Positions 1 to 14,885 of a DNA stretch of 61,924 nucleotides are shown here, in pieces (the first letter of the stretch is position 1; each line of letters starts with the position of its first letter). The notes below the pieces were generated by a model. That model saw only the letters and a program-made list of their open reading frames with translations. It was not told where the DNA came from and made no database searches. Source of the stretch: Eledone cirrhosa (taxonomy: Eukaryota). Position numbers and translations under genes: made by a program. Where the stretch lies: assembly GCA_964016885.1 (NCBI GenBank), contig CAXHJY010001724.1, positions 1 through 61,924 on the forward strand, given 5' to 3'.

Positions 1-113
1 CATACATATATATACATTCGTTTCTTTCATCATGTATCCATTTCATTCGTTCTATCGCTCTTGGTTTTCCCTACATCTCATTTCTCTCTTCTCTCTCACT
101 CTTCATCTATCTC

Positions 114-191
<78 letters not shown>

Positions 192-1119
192 CCCTCTTTA
201 TCTCTCTCTATTTTTTTTCCGTCCGTTTAATAATCGAAGGAGAAGTCAAGAAGAAGAAGCAGAGATAAAATAATAATAAGATAAAATAAAATTATGAAGA
301 AAAAAGTATGAAAAAAAGGAAGTCAGAAGTAAGATTCGTTGACAGATTAGTTGAAGAAATATATTGAAAGAAGTCCTTCTCTCCGAAACAGCTATTGTCC
401 TCACAAGTTGATTGCTATAATCGAATCATCTCGATAGGAGGCAAGATTTGTCAATCGTTACAAATCGCTGCTTGCTTCGAGAAATCCCATGAAACTAAAA
501 TCAAATTATAGAAGAAGAAGACAATTAGAAAATGAAGAAAAAGAAGAAGAAAGAGGAGGAAAAGGAGAAGATGAGGAGAAAAAAGGAGAAATATGAAGAT
601 GTGTAGAAGAAAAAACGTAGGAGAAGGAAAAGAAGAAAGACGAGGAAAAAGAGAAGACGGGAAAGAGAAGAAAAAGAAGAAGGAAAAGGGAGATGTATAG
701 AAGAAAAAAGAAGAAGAAAAGGAAGGAAAATAAAATAAAAGAAGGAAGAGAAGAATAAGAATTAGACGGAAAAAGAAGTAAGAAAATGAAGAAGAATAAG
801 AAGACCACTCTCTCCATAAACACTACCACAACTACAACATCTAGTGCACGAACACCATCAACAACAACAGCAACAACAATAAAAATGAAATCTTCATTGG
901 TGGAGTGTCTAGTAGTTATGGGGAGGTAACTCAAGTACTGCGATCAATTCAACTACACGGGCACTGTTTATAAATGCAACAAGCAAAGATTACATATCAT
1001 TGGATCAAGAAATACGCACATACACACATATACAGGACAAATTCCCTCATAACAAATAACATTATCATGAATTTTTCAGTATAACCAAATTATATATATA
1101 TAAACGCACATATATATAT

Positions 1120-1203
<84 letters not shown>

Positions 1204-1402
1204 ATATATATATTAATTATTTCAAAAGAAAAAGCAAACGAAAAAGATCGCTCAATGTGTAGTACAGACATATTTCATTATATTTTTATCATATATCCAA
1301 AATGTTTCATCTAATGAGCGAACTATATAAATATATATATTAATATATATATATAAATATATATATATAAATATATATATAAATATATATATATATATAA
1401 AT

Positions 1403-1433
<31 letters not shown>

Positions 1434-1434
1434 A

Positions 1435-1465
<31 letters not shown>

Positions 1466-1469
1466 AATA

Positions 1470-1836
1470 TATAAAGAAAAAGAGATGAAATCGAAAATGC
1501 AACTGAAGTCTTATTTTTTAAAAAAAATATATATATTTATTTGGTTCCTTTACCGGTTTCGCAGTTCTTCTGCTTTTCAAAAGGTGAGTTGAGATGGAGG
1601 GTCTGTGGTTTTTCTCACAGATGTGAGAAAAACCACAGACCCTCCATCTCAACTCACCTTTTGAAAAGCAGAAGTACTGCGAAACCGGTAAAGGAACCAA
1701 ATAAATATATATATTTAAAAAAAAAAATAAGACTTCAGTTGCATTTTCGATTTCATCTCTTTTTCTTTATACTTCCACTCGTGAAGGACACCTCGGTTAT
1801 TTTTCATTTTGTAAAAAAAACCTCACTTTCTAATAT
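1470..1836. mobile_element. Fold-back palindrome (arms about 1470-1619 / 1622-1771) plus about 65 bp one-sided extension; PLE pLTR-like
   Basis: Near-perfect inverted arms with a 2-nt centre, in (TA)n; hammerhead-like motif in the arms. Confidence 0.8.
1657..1694 (+). ncRNA. Minimal type I hammerhead ribozyme, U3-A8 variant
   Basis: cctt TTGAAAA gcag-aagta-ctgc GAAAC cg GTA^aagg. Confidence 0.6.
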
Positions 1837-2119
1837 AAATATATATATATACATATATATATATAAATATATATATATACATATATGTATATATATAAAT
1901 ATATATATACATATATGTATATATGTATATATATACATATATAAATATATACATATATGTATATATATAAATATATATATACATATATGTATATATGTAT
2001 ATATATATACATATATAAATATATATATATATACATATAAATATATATGTATAAATATATATATATATATACTTATATGTATATGTATATATATATATAT
2101 ATAAATATATATATATATA

Positions 2120-2151
<32 letters not shown>

Positions 2152-2173
2152 CATATATGTATATATATATATG

Positions 2174-2207
<34 letters not shown>

Positions 2208-2253
2208 AATATATATATATATGTATATATATATAAATATATACATATATACA

Positions 2254-2305
<52 letters not shown>

Positions 2306-2758
2306 AATATATATATATGTATATATATATACATATATAAATATATATATATACGTATATATATATACATATATAAATAGGTATATATATATACATATAT
2401 AAATATATGTATATATATATATGTATATATATACATATATAAATAGGTATATATATATACATATATATAAATATATATATATATATACATATATATATGT
2501 ATAAATATATATATGTATAAATATATATATGTATAAATATATATATGTATAAATATATATATGTATAAATATATATATGTATATATATATACATATATAA
2601 ATAGGTATATATATATACATATATAAATATATATATATATGTATAAATATATATATGTATAAATATATATATGTATAAATATATATATGTATAAATATAA
2701 ATATATATATATATGTATAAATATATATATGTATAAATATATATATGTATAAATATAA

Positions 2759-2790
<32 letters not shown>

Positions 2791-3136
2791 GTATACATAT
2801 ATATGTATAAATATAAATATATATGTATATATATATGCATATATAAATATATATAAATGTATATATATATATGTATAAATATATATATGTATAAATATAT
2901 ATATGTATAAATATATATATATGTATAAATATATATATGTATAAATATATATATATGTATATATATATATGTATAAATATATATATGTATAAATATATAT
3001 ATGTATAAATATATATATGTATAAATATATATATATGTATATATATATATGTATATATATATGTATAAATATATATATGTATAAATATATATATATATAT
3101 ATGTGTATATATATGTATAAATATTTATATATCCTC

Positions 3137-3174
<38 letters not shown>

Positions 3175-3242
3175 GTATAAATATATATATGTATAAATAT
3201 ATATGTATAAATATATATTTGTATAAATATATATATATATAT

Positions 3243-3461
3243 AGGAACGATCGACTTTCGTCAAATCGGACCGAGGGAACAATGTTTCCGTTGGTCTTTC
3301 TACTTGCTAATACTATCTAACGGTCGCAACTCCAGGTAGAAGGAGCCACGTGAAATAAAGTGTCTTGCTCAAGGACATAACGCATCACCTGGTCCAGGAA
3401 TCGAACTCACAACCTTACGATTGCGAATCCAATTCCTGAACCATCCGCCACACGCCTTCAC
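3243..3461 (-). mobile_element. tRNA-derived SINE family A (CORE-like domain)
   Basis: A-box-like TGGC..TGG, B-box GTTCGATTCC, then TGTCCTTGAGCAAGACACTTTA; copies at 33210 and 35805. Confidence 0.8.
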
Positions 3462-3545
3462 TGTATATATATATATGTATATATATATATATGTATAAAT
3501 ATATATATTTATAAATATATATATGTATAAATATATATATATATG

Positions 3546-3610
<65 letters not shown>

Positions 3611-3611
3611 G

Positions 3612-3689
<78 letters not shown>

Positions 3690-3709
3690 TATGTATATAA
3701 ATATATATG

Positions 3710-3792
<83 letters not shown>

Positions 3793-3793
3793 G

Positions 3794-3841
<48 letters not shown>

Positions 3842-4559
3842 GTATAAATATATATGTATATATGTATATATGTATAAATATATATATATGTATAACTATA
3901 TATGTATAAATATATATATATGTATAACTATATATGTATACATGTATACATGTATAAATATATATATATATATATGTATATATGTATAAATATATATATA
4001 TATATATACAAAAAATCAATTATAATGAGTTCAAATCTCAGGCGATCATTTACAATGAAATAGCTCGAAGAAAGAGTATTTCTGAGCCGTGTAATATAGG
4101 TTAACACAAATCAATATATTTCATAAACACATTATCCTCATATTTATGTTTGTATTTTAAATGACCAAGTTAGCTAGATAGAAATATACTAATAATAATA
4201 TTACAGTTTGCCTATCATGACTTAAGATAATACATCATAAATCAACAAAAACAAATTGTATTGGCAATGGCCGTAGTGCTTGGACAAATTTAAATTTCAA
4301 AATCAAACCTGTTCCGTAGACAGGTTTAAACCTTAAAATCCAAATATGTTTCGAATAATGAAAAAGTGGAAGAAAATACCGCATTTTGATCTCCTCAGCA
4401 AGCACTATAAAAATTGGTATGTTCCACTTCAAAATATTTAGGAAGACTGTTTAGCGCACGAGGTAACCTCATGCGGTTATCCAGTGTCTAGCTAGCCTCA
4501 TACTCGTGCTGCTAGAAGTAACAGCCGTTTGTATGGGACTAAAATCAGCTCAACGAAGG

Positions 4560-4644
<85 letters not shown>

Positions 4645-4673
4645 GCGCGCACATACATACATACATACATACA

Positions 4674-4709
<36 letters not shown>

Positions 4710-5389
4710 TATACGTATACACGATAAATTGATTTGAAATATATTGGTTCAGAATATGAAACAAACACGAAAAACAAGAAAGAAACGAAACAACATAAAG
4801 AATTTACTGTGAAATATGTCCGAACAGACACTTTTATTGAGTTATAATATATATCGCGCTAAAACATGGCTTCTTACAATACGAAATATATACATGAAAA
4901 TAAAATGGCGTCGTATTTTCATACAATGGAAATTTTAATCTGTTAAACAGATTCTATTGATTTCAATTATATTTACTGATGTTCATAGGCTTGTTACATT
5001 TGTACTGTATGTGTTATAAAAAATAATGATTCGGCTGAGACGAAGTAAATCTATTATATTCATATTGTTATATAGATATATAGATATATAGATATCAAGA
5101 TATATGGGTAAATAGAATTTTAATTTGATACATTGCTTAAATACGATGACAAATCTTCGCTAAAGAATGGAAAGTATGTTTATGGTGTTTAAATTTACAT
5201 TGTAGTCGATCATATCTTATAATAGGTATATTATTTTTATATATGTATGTATGTACGCATATATATATTTTTATATATGTGTGTAAATATATATATATAT
5301 ATATATATACATGTATATAGATATATAGATATACACACACAAATATATATATATAAATATATATAAATATATATAAATATATATATGGA

Positions 5390-5854
5390 AAGTTATATTT
5401 AAAATTGTTGGGTTACAACTAGTAAATATTTATAACTGATATAAAAGCACTCGACAAATATTTGGAGTATATTTACAATATTAAATAAATGGAAACTATA
5501 TTTATAAAACCATATTTATTTCATTATATATATTTCGGGGATATCATATTAACAATATGCTATGCCTTCTTCAGACAAAATACAATATAAACAGTTTTAT
5601 AGATAAATATATTCGACATACCGTTATAACACCGACTTCCATTTGAAGAGGTTTACACTGCCAGCGTAAACCTCTTCAAATGGAAGTCGGTGTTATAACG
5701 GTATGTCGAATATATTTATCTATAAAACTGTTTATATTGTATTTTGTCTGAGGAAGGCATAGCATATTGTTAATATGATATCCCCGAAATATATATAATG
5801 AAATAAATATGGTTTTATAAATATAGTTTCCATTTATTTAATATTATAAATATA
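5390..5854. mobile_element. Fold-back palindrome (centre 5661, arms about 190 bp, left extension about 80 bp) with a hammerhead in each arm
   Basis: CTGAAGA on minus 5568-5574, CTGAGGA on plus 5748-5754, GAAA at 5786; same family as 51838-52258. Confidence 0.82.
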
Positions 5855-5929
5855 TATATATATATAAATATATATATATATAAATATATATATAAATATA
5901 TATAAAAATATATATAAATACATATATAA

Positions 5930-5964
<35 letters not shown>

Positions 5965-6234
5965 AATATATATATAAATATATATAAATATATATAAATA
6001 TATATAAATATATATATAAATATATATAAATATATATATATTTAAATATATATATATTTTAAAAAAAGCCTTCGTTAGCCCCTTTTTTCAAGTAAAAAGA
6101 AATTCAGACACTCATACATGAAAAAAACATCCTATGACACCCCCTAAATCACAGTAGATTTAAATCTACTGTGATTTAAAAATATCCGACACTAATTTGC
6201 ATAATAGTATAAATAAATTTATAACCCCACTATC

Positions 6235-6505
6235 CGGGAGCTTCCAACAGAAATGGTCAAATTCTTTAAGGGTATGTCAATATTTATTCATAAAACTGAT
6301 ATATATTATATTTTATCAGATGAAAGCACACCATAATTTAACTTGATGTCCTTGACATATGTATAATGAAATAAATATGGTTTTATAAATATAGTTTCCA
6401 TTTGTTAATATATCGCATTTTTACTCCAATAATTTGTAGAGCGCTTTATATCATTTATACAAATATTTGCTTGTTGTATCCCAACAATTTAAATAGAAGT
6501 TCTAC
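6235..6505 (+). mobile_element. Single-arm diverged relative of the 5390 family with a degenerate hammerhead
   Basis: Shares AAATAAATATGGTTTTATAAATATAGTTTCCATT and the tail; core reads CAGATGA...GACA. Confidence 0.65.
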
Positions 6506-6532
6506 ATATGTGTGTATATATATATATATAAA

Positions 6533-7650
6533 AATGGGGCTAGACATGAGATAGGGAAAGCCACCTCATGGTACGACAACCAGAGATACCAGAGTGTCAT
6601 GTTTGTGGACGCTACCCCTGGAGGGAAATTAGGTAACCAGTGTAGAAAGGCCCCGAGAAAGACCTACTTAAAGATTAAAGTGGTAGAAAAGCAAGGAACC
6701 ACCATAAAATCCCTGATCAACAAAACCTACCCTTTTAAGAAAACCCACTGTACTAATAGGAAATGTATCATATGAAAGGTAAACCCCCGGATAAACTGTA
6801 AAACTAGAAACGTAGTTTATAGCATAAGATGTACAGAGGGTACTGGCAGAAACATGACAACAACATACATAGGCGAGACAGCTCGTAGCATAGGTGAAAG
6901 GATAGACCAACACTGGGGGAACTAAAATGACGAAAAAACGGTTCAGTACTATAAGAACATGCCAGGCAACAACACGACGGTAACATAGACAACATAGAAA
7001 TTAGAATAATATCTAAACATAGAAATGACCCAGCAGATAGGCAAATCAGAGGGGCCAGTGAAATAGAACTTAGAAGGCCAAGGCTAAACAGAAAGAATGA
7101 ATGGAATAACAACACCCAAACAAACAACACTGACCTAAGAGATATATAAATAAATAAATAGATAAATAAATAAATAAAAAACATACACAAGAACAATAAC
7201 AACAAACACATATAAACACACACTAGTAAAGATAGAATACATTAACCGATACACAGTCAACCAATCACGAACACACATCAAACAGAATACTATACACACA
7301 CGCAAACGCATGCGCAAAGAAGACAAAATAAAATAACAAATAAATTAATATATAAACAGACTAAATAAAGATGGCGTAGAAAATACAATGCAACGGGAGG
7401 AAACAATAGCACCACTGACGATGTTGCAGATGTGCAACGAAAGAAATTTGATAAACTATATATATGTGTTTGTGTCTATATTGTATCTGTATTATTTTTG
7501 ACTGTTGGTCAGTCAATGGCAACATTGAGGACCAAATAAATTAGATTACCGATATAAAAGACACAGAAGCGAAAAGCGGAAACCAACCAAACAGTGAGGG
7601 TGTTCTGTTATTATTTCTGGTAATATTACACAAATATGACCCTCCCCAAG

Positions 7651-7655
<5 letters not shown>
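6533..7655 (+). mobile_element. Decayed 3' fragment of a Penelope-like element (Cys linker + GIY-YIG endonuclease + pLTR-like 3' region)
   Basis: Reading through TGA 6773-6775 gives NCKTRNVVYSIRC...TYIGETARSIGERIDQH; after a frameshift H..QH.G...DPADRQIRGA...PRLNRKNEW to 7149; degenerate hammerhead at 7415-7442; flanked by (TA)n. Confidence 0.85.
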
Positions 7656-7704
<49 letters not shown>

Positions 7705-7720
7705 TTATATATATATATAT

Positions 7721-7753
<33 letters not shown>

Positions 7754-7814
7754 TAAATATAAATATATAAATATAAATATATATATATATAAATATATAT
7801 ATATAAATATATGT

Positions 7815-8246
7815 AGATAAATCTACCAAGAGTTTACGGTAGTGTCCAATCCGTATGAAGAACTCAATGTATTCCGGATATCATGGAAAGAAGAGATGTA
7901 ATGAAAAATCACTTTCGGTGAAAGATAAACGGTATACAGAGTCAAGATAAAATATTAAACAAATAATGAATAAACAATGAGACAGTTCCTTATATTAAAC
8001 AAAAAAAGTTCATTATTTAACGATCGTTTCTAGATTATTTCTGAAGACGGCGTATATATGTGTTGGTATGTATATTTAATCTTGATAGTTTGTATAATTT
8101 TGTATAATTTTGTACATAGATCTGTTGAATATGCATGCCAATTCTAACACATATATATCCTAGAAACGATCGTTAAATAATGAACTTTTTTTGTTTAATA
8201 TAAGGAACTGTCTCATTGTTTATTCATTATTTGTTTAATATTTTAT
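7815..8246. mobile_element. Fold-back element (arms about 7947-8033 / 8160-8246, left extension) with a long-helix-II hammerhead at 8035-8180
   Basis: ttattt CTGAAGA ... GAAAC gatc GTT^aaataa; the extension tip recurs inverted at 14462-14503. Confidence 0.75.
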
Positions 8247-8510
8247 ATATAAATATATATATAGTAAGAATATTTTCGAAACAGCGAGTGGGTTTGAAAT
8301 TATTAGAAATGTAAGCTATCGCCGTATTTTGACTAAAGAAATTAAATAAATTATTTAGCCTGATAGTGGGGTTAGGAACCCTCGGAGAATTGGAAAAAGA
8401 TGAGTATTGACGTACATGGGAATATATGTATATATTTATATATATATATATATGTATATATTTATATATTTATATGTAAATATTTATATATATTTATATA
8501 TATATATATT

Positions 8511-8543
<33 letters not shown>

Positions 8544-8773
8544 AATTATATATATATTTATATATTTATATATATATTTATATATATACATATATTTATA
8601 TGTACATATGTTTATATATATACATACATATATATATACATATATATATACATATATATATATACATACATACCTATATATATAAAAATATATACATATA
8701 AAAATATATATGCATACATTTATACATACATATATACATATATGCATATATACATATATGTATATATGCATAG

Positions 8774-8806
<33 letters not shown>

Positions 8807-8872
8807 CATGTATGTATGTTAGCATATATATGTAAATAAATATATATATAAATATGTATATATTATGAATGT

Positions 8873-8949
<77 letters not shown>

Positions 8950-8958
<9 letters not shown>

Positions 8959-9715
8959 CGTAAAATAAGAAAATATCTTTAAAAAAAATTTTTTTAAATA
9001 TTTTACTTACTTAAATTTTCACTCCAACTAATTAGTTTCTGCAATGGGATAAAGACAGTTACGTAATCCAACTGTCGAGAATTCATTGCGTCATCAGGGA
9101 GTCTATTCTCAGTTAAGTCTCCAGGCAATGCGCGGACACTGGCGGCTCATATAAAAATAATAATAATTCGGTAGATCGAACAGCTTGCGAGGACTGGATT
9201 CTATGTACCGAAATTCTCACTGCTTCAAGTCAAATGGCCGATTCTAAAGAATCAATCACGTGACACAGAGGCTAGTTAGAAGGAATGGGATGGTAAGATG
9301 ACTGACGCCTACTAACACCCCAAAAAAAATTTTTTTAGAAGTGGTTTTGGCAAGTTTGCTCGACAAATCAGTGATTTGGAGATAAATATAGATAATTTAA
9401 TATATCAACTAACATAAGCGCACAGATGCACGCCCATGCTAGCAAATACACAGGTTATGTCATAGTACCTAGGTGGTTCAATGCAGGAGAATGCAGAACA
9501 ATAATATAAAAGACGTAAAATAAGAAAATTTAAGTAAGTAAAAAATAAAAAAAATTTTTTTTTTTTAAAAATATTTTCTTATTTTACGTCTTTTATATTA
9601 TTGTTCTGCATTCTCCTGCATTGAACCACCTAGGTACTATGACATAACCTGTGTATTTGCTAGCATGGGCGTGCATCTGTGCGCTTATGTTAGTTGATAT
9701 ATTAAATTATCTATA
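8950..9715. mobile_element. Compound inverted-repeat element with a minus-strand hammerhead at 9021-9102
   Basis: Arms about 9387-9529 / 9573-9715; 8951-9020 is inverted at 9524-9596; minus strand reads actcc CTGATGA c gcaatg...cattgc a GAAAC taatta GTT^ggagt. Confidence 0.78.
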
Positions 9716-10020
9716 TATATATATATATATACAATTCGTACAAATCTTATGAATCTATTAATATATTTCAAAGTATATAAGAATGAACACTTTGCTTGAT
9801 GTTATTGTTCGCTAGTTTGATCAGGGAATCTATTTAAAAGACGATTTTAATTTTAAATCCTTATATCTTCTCAAATTGATAATGGCTGATTGTGCATTTC
9901 CGCTTATCGCGGTTAAATTAATAGAATTATACAACCTAATCCTATTTTGCATAATTAATTAGACACTATCTCTGTGGTTATCTAGGCATAATATTCACTC
10001 AGTTTTATAAATATATATTT

Positions 10021-10118
<98 letters not shown>

Positions 10119-10132
10119 TATGTATATACATA

Positions 10133-10220
<88 letters not shown>

Positions 10221-10275
10221 CATATATATATATATATATATATGTATATACATATATATATATATGTATATACAC

Positions 10276-10331
<56 letters not shown>

Positions 10332-10341
10332 GTATATACAC

Positions 10342-10418
<77 letters not shown>

Positions 10419-10568
10419 GATACATACATATATATATATACATATTAATATATATATATACATATTAATATACATATATATACATATATATATATATATA
10501 TACATATTAATATACATATATATATATATACATATATATATACATATACATATTAATCCACTCGATAT

Positions 10569-11388
10569 ATTAATCCACTCGATATGCAAATTGGACTACT
10601 CAGCCGTTAATATGCAAAAGATAAGTATATAAGTTCAACAATCTGGCGGGAAGGTATACGTTGCTGACGATAGCTAATAAGCTTGAAACTTGTACAGCGT
10701 TCCTTTGTCAGTGTTGAACCAACGAGCAACGATGGTTGCTGGACACAACAGCTTAATACGGGATGTTTGTTTACAAACACACCGAGCATTATAATAAATG
10801 TTCGGTGAATGCATACGAACATATATATATGTGTGCATGTATGTATATATATATATACATACTACTGTACGTCTGTATACATATATGTATCTACGTGTAC
10901 ATACATATATTTAAGTAACAGCCGTACTAAGAGTGGGAAATGAAATTTCGTTTCAATTTTTCCGTTTATCGTTTTCGATGCACCCGGCCGATTAACCCAC
11001 TCGATATGCAAATTGGGCTACTCAGCCGTTAATATGCATAATGTAAGTGTATACTTTCAGCAATCTGGCAGGAAAGTATACGTTGCTGAAGATAGCTAAT
11101 AAGCTTGAAACTAGTACAGCATTCCTTTGTCAGTGTTAAATAAACAAGCAACGATGGTTGCTGGGCACTACGGCTTAATACGGGATGTCTGTTTACAAAC
11201 ACACCGAGCATTATAATAAATGTTCGGTGAATCCAATCGTACATATATATATGTGTGCATGTATGTATATATATATACATACTACTGTACGTCTGTAAAC
11301 ATATATGTATGTACGTGTATATACTTATATTCAAGTAACGGCCGTACTAAGAGTGAGAAATGAAATTTCGTTTCATTTTTTCCGTTTA
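10569..11388 (+). repeat. Tandem dimer of a 422-bp unit, each copy with a minimal hammerhead ribozyme
   Basis: Units start at about 10569 and 10991; cores CTGACGA 10664 / CTGAAGA 11086, GAAAC 10685 / 11107; predicted cleavage after GTA at 10694 and 11116. Confidence 0.82.
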
Positions 11389-11451
11389 TATATATATACA
11401 TATATATATACATATATACATGTATATATATATACATATATACATATATAC

Positions 11452-11545
<94 letters not shown>

Positions 11546-11656
11546 ATATATACATATATACACATATATATACATATATACATATATATATGTATATACA
11601 TATATATATATACATATATATATGTATATACATATATATATATACATATATATATG

Positions 11657-11690
<34 letters not shown>

Positions 11691-11801
11691 CATATATATA
11701 TATATACATATATATATACATATACATATATACATATATATATACATATATATATATCTATATATATACATATATACATATATATATAAATATATATATA
11801 C

Positions 11802-11886
<85 letters not shown>

Positions 11887-11990
11887 CATATATGCATATA
11901 TATATATACATATATACATATATATATATACATATATACATATATATATACATATATACATACATATATACATATATATATATTCACATA

Positions 11991-12046
<56 letters not shown>

Positions 12047-12049
12047 TAC

Positions 12050-12098
<49 letters not shown>

Positions 12099-12119
12099 CA
12101 TATATATATCTATATATAC

Positions 12120-12314
<195 letters not shown>

Positions 12315-12636
12315 CATATATATATATTAACACATATATATATACATATATATATATGTGTGTGTGTGTTTGTGTGTATGTGAATATGTATATATATATA
12401 TATATATATAAATATATATATATGTGTGTATATATATATATATATGAATATATATACATATATATATATATACATATATATATACATATATATATGTGTG
12501 CGTTTGTGTGTGTGTGTGTATATATATACATATATATGTGTATATATGTATATATATATATTTGTATATATATATATGTGTGTCTGTATATATATATATA
12601 TGTGTGTGTGTATATATATATATGTGTGTGTGCATA

Positions 12637-12713
<77 letters not shown>

Positions 12714-12815
12714 TGTGTGTGTATATATATATATAAATATATGTATATATATATACATATATATATGCATATATATTTATATATACATACATGTTTAAGC
12801 ATATATATTTATGTA

Positions 12816-12860
<45 letters not shown>

Positions 12861-13314
12861 ATGTGTATGTGTATCTCTATATGCATGTTTATGTCTATAT
12901 GTATGTGTGTATGTGTATGTCAATATGTATGTGTACGTGTGTATGTTTATATGTAAGTATATATAGTAAAAACAGTACAATTGTACAACATCATTCCTTT
13001 TACATGAATGGAAAAATGGCGTTCAGTCAAACTTTTACTACACACACACAATCAACACAGACAGACCCATGCGCTGATTCTTGAATATATATACACAAGT
13101 AAATCCGTTGTTTATATATGTTTCAGATGTTGTTGTTTGTGTTTATTGTCGTATAGCCGTTGGGTCATTTTCTCTTTTATTTTGTCCTCGTTTTGAACAT
13201 GTAAGGAAATAAACAGGAAGCTAACGGAATTAACTTCCGCTTAAGTCTTTCTAGATTAGTGCAAGTTTCTGCACGAATTTGGCATCTACCAATCATTACT
13301 CATGTAAAGATATG

Positions 13315-13391
<77 letters not shown>

Positions 13392-13502
13392 ATGTATCTA
13401 TATATGTATGCATGTATGCATTCACGTAGGTACTTGTGTGATTGTATATGTATATATTTATTTGTATATATATTTACATATACCTGAATATATATATACA
13501 TA

Positions 13503-13570
<68 letters not shown>

Positions 13571-13616
13571 TATATATATATATATACACCCACACATACA
13601 CACATATATATACACA

Positions 13617-13682
<66 letters not shown>

Positions 13683-13741
13683 CACATATATATATACCCA
13701 CATATATATATACACCCACATATATAAATATATAAATATAT

Positions 13742-13784
<43 letters not shown>

Positions 13785-13864
13785 TATATATACACCCACA
13801 TATATATATATATTTATATATACACCCACATATATATATACACACCCACACATATATATATATA

Positions 13865-14238
13865 GAGAGATTTTGAGTTTATGTTGGTTGTATACCAACA
13901 CCTCAGTATGCAGGCTGGAGCACTCGACGAAATGCGCAGGTTGGTTTGGTTACTCCGGAGTAGTGTAAAATAAAGTTAAATAAAAGTCAAATGATTAAAA
14001 TTTAGCTTCGTTTATTACTGCTATATATATGTCAGTGACAGTCATCTTTAGCTGTGACCTCTTCAGGCAGTTTGAATTAGTATGGTATAGACAAGTACAT
14101 ATGTTGTTGAGGTACTTGTCTATACCATACTAATTCAAACTGCCTGAAGAAGTCACAGCCAAAGATGGCTGTCACTGAAATATATATAGCAGTAATAAAC
14201 GAAGGTAAATTTTAATCATTTGACTTTTATTTAACTTT

Positions 14239-14242
<4 letters not shown>
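13865..14242. mobile_element. Fold-back palindrome (arms about 13970-14098 / 14112-14240, left extension about 100 bp) with a hammerhead at 14139-14193
   Basis: actgc CTGAAGA a gtcacagcca-aaga-tggctgtcac t GAAA tatata TA^gcagt. Confidence 0.82.
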
Positions 14243-14293
<51 letters not shown>

Positions 14294-14296
14294 CCC

Positions 14297-14365
<69 letters not shown>

Positions 14366-14399
14366 AATCTTGCTAAACAATTTCAGAAACGAAATATAT

Positions 14400-14459
<60 letters not shown>

Positions 14460-14500
14460 ATATACGGATTGGACACTACCGTAAACTTTTGGTAGATTTA

Positions 14501-14547
<47 letters not shown>

Positions 14548-14885
14548 TGTTGAAGTAAGAATACCATATTTTGACCCATAATCGGGAACCTCTAGAAACC
14601 ATCACCGTTTGTCTTTCACTCTCTCACCGTGTACCTTCCGACATATACACATTCCTACCAATACCCCTATATACACACCTACCTGCCCATATTCTTACCT
14701 ACACACCTTCCGACATTCTTCTCCTAATTTTGAGTTGGACTTCTACTCGCCACCTTTAGACTGCGACCTTTAAACATTTTGACTAGTCACGGAACACTAG
14801 CATATTTCCCGGTCTTCGGATTGCCAAGATTTTGTTTTTGTCTCTCTCTATCTATCTATTTATTATTCTATCTATCTATTTATCA

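Noticed and set aside
1518-2104. Near-identical ORFs on both strands (MVPLPVSQ...)
   Set aside because: A direct consequence of the DNA palindrome; no domain similarity recognised
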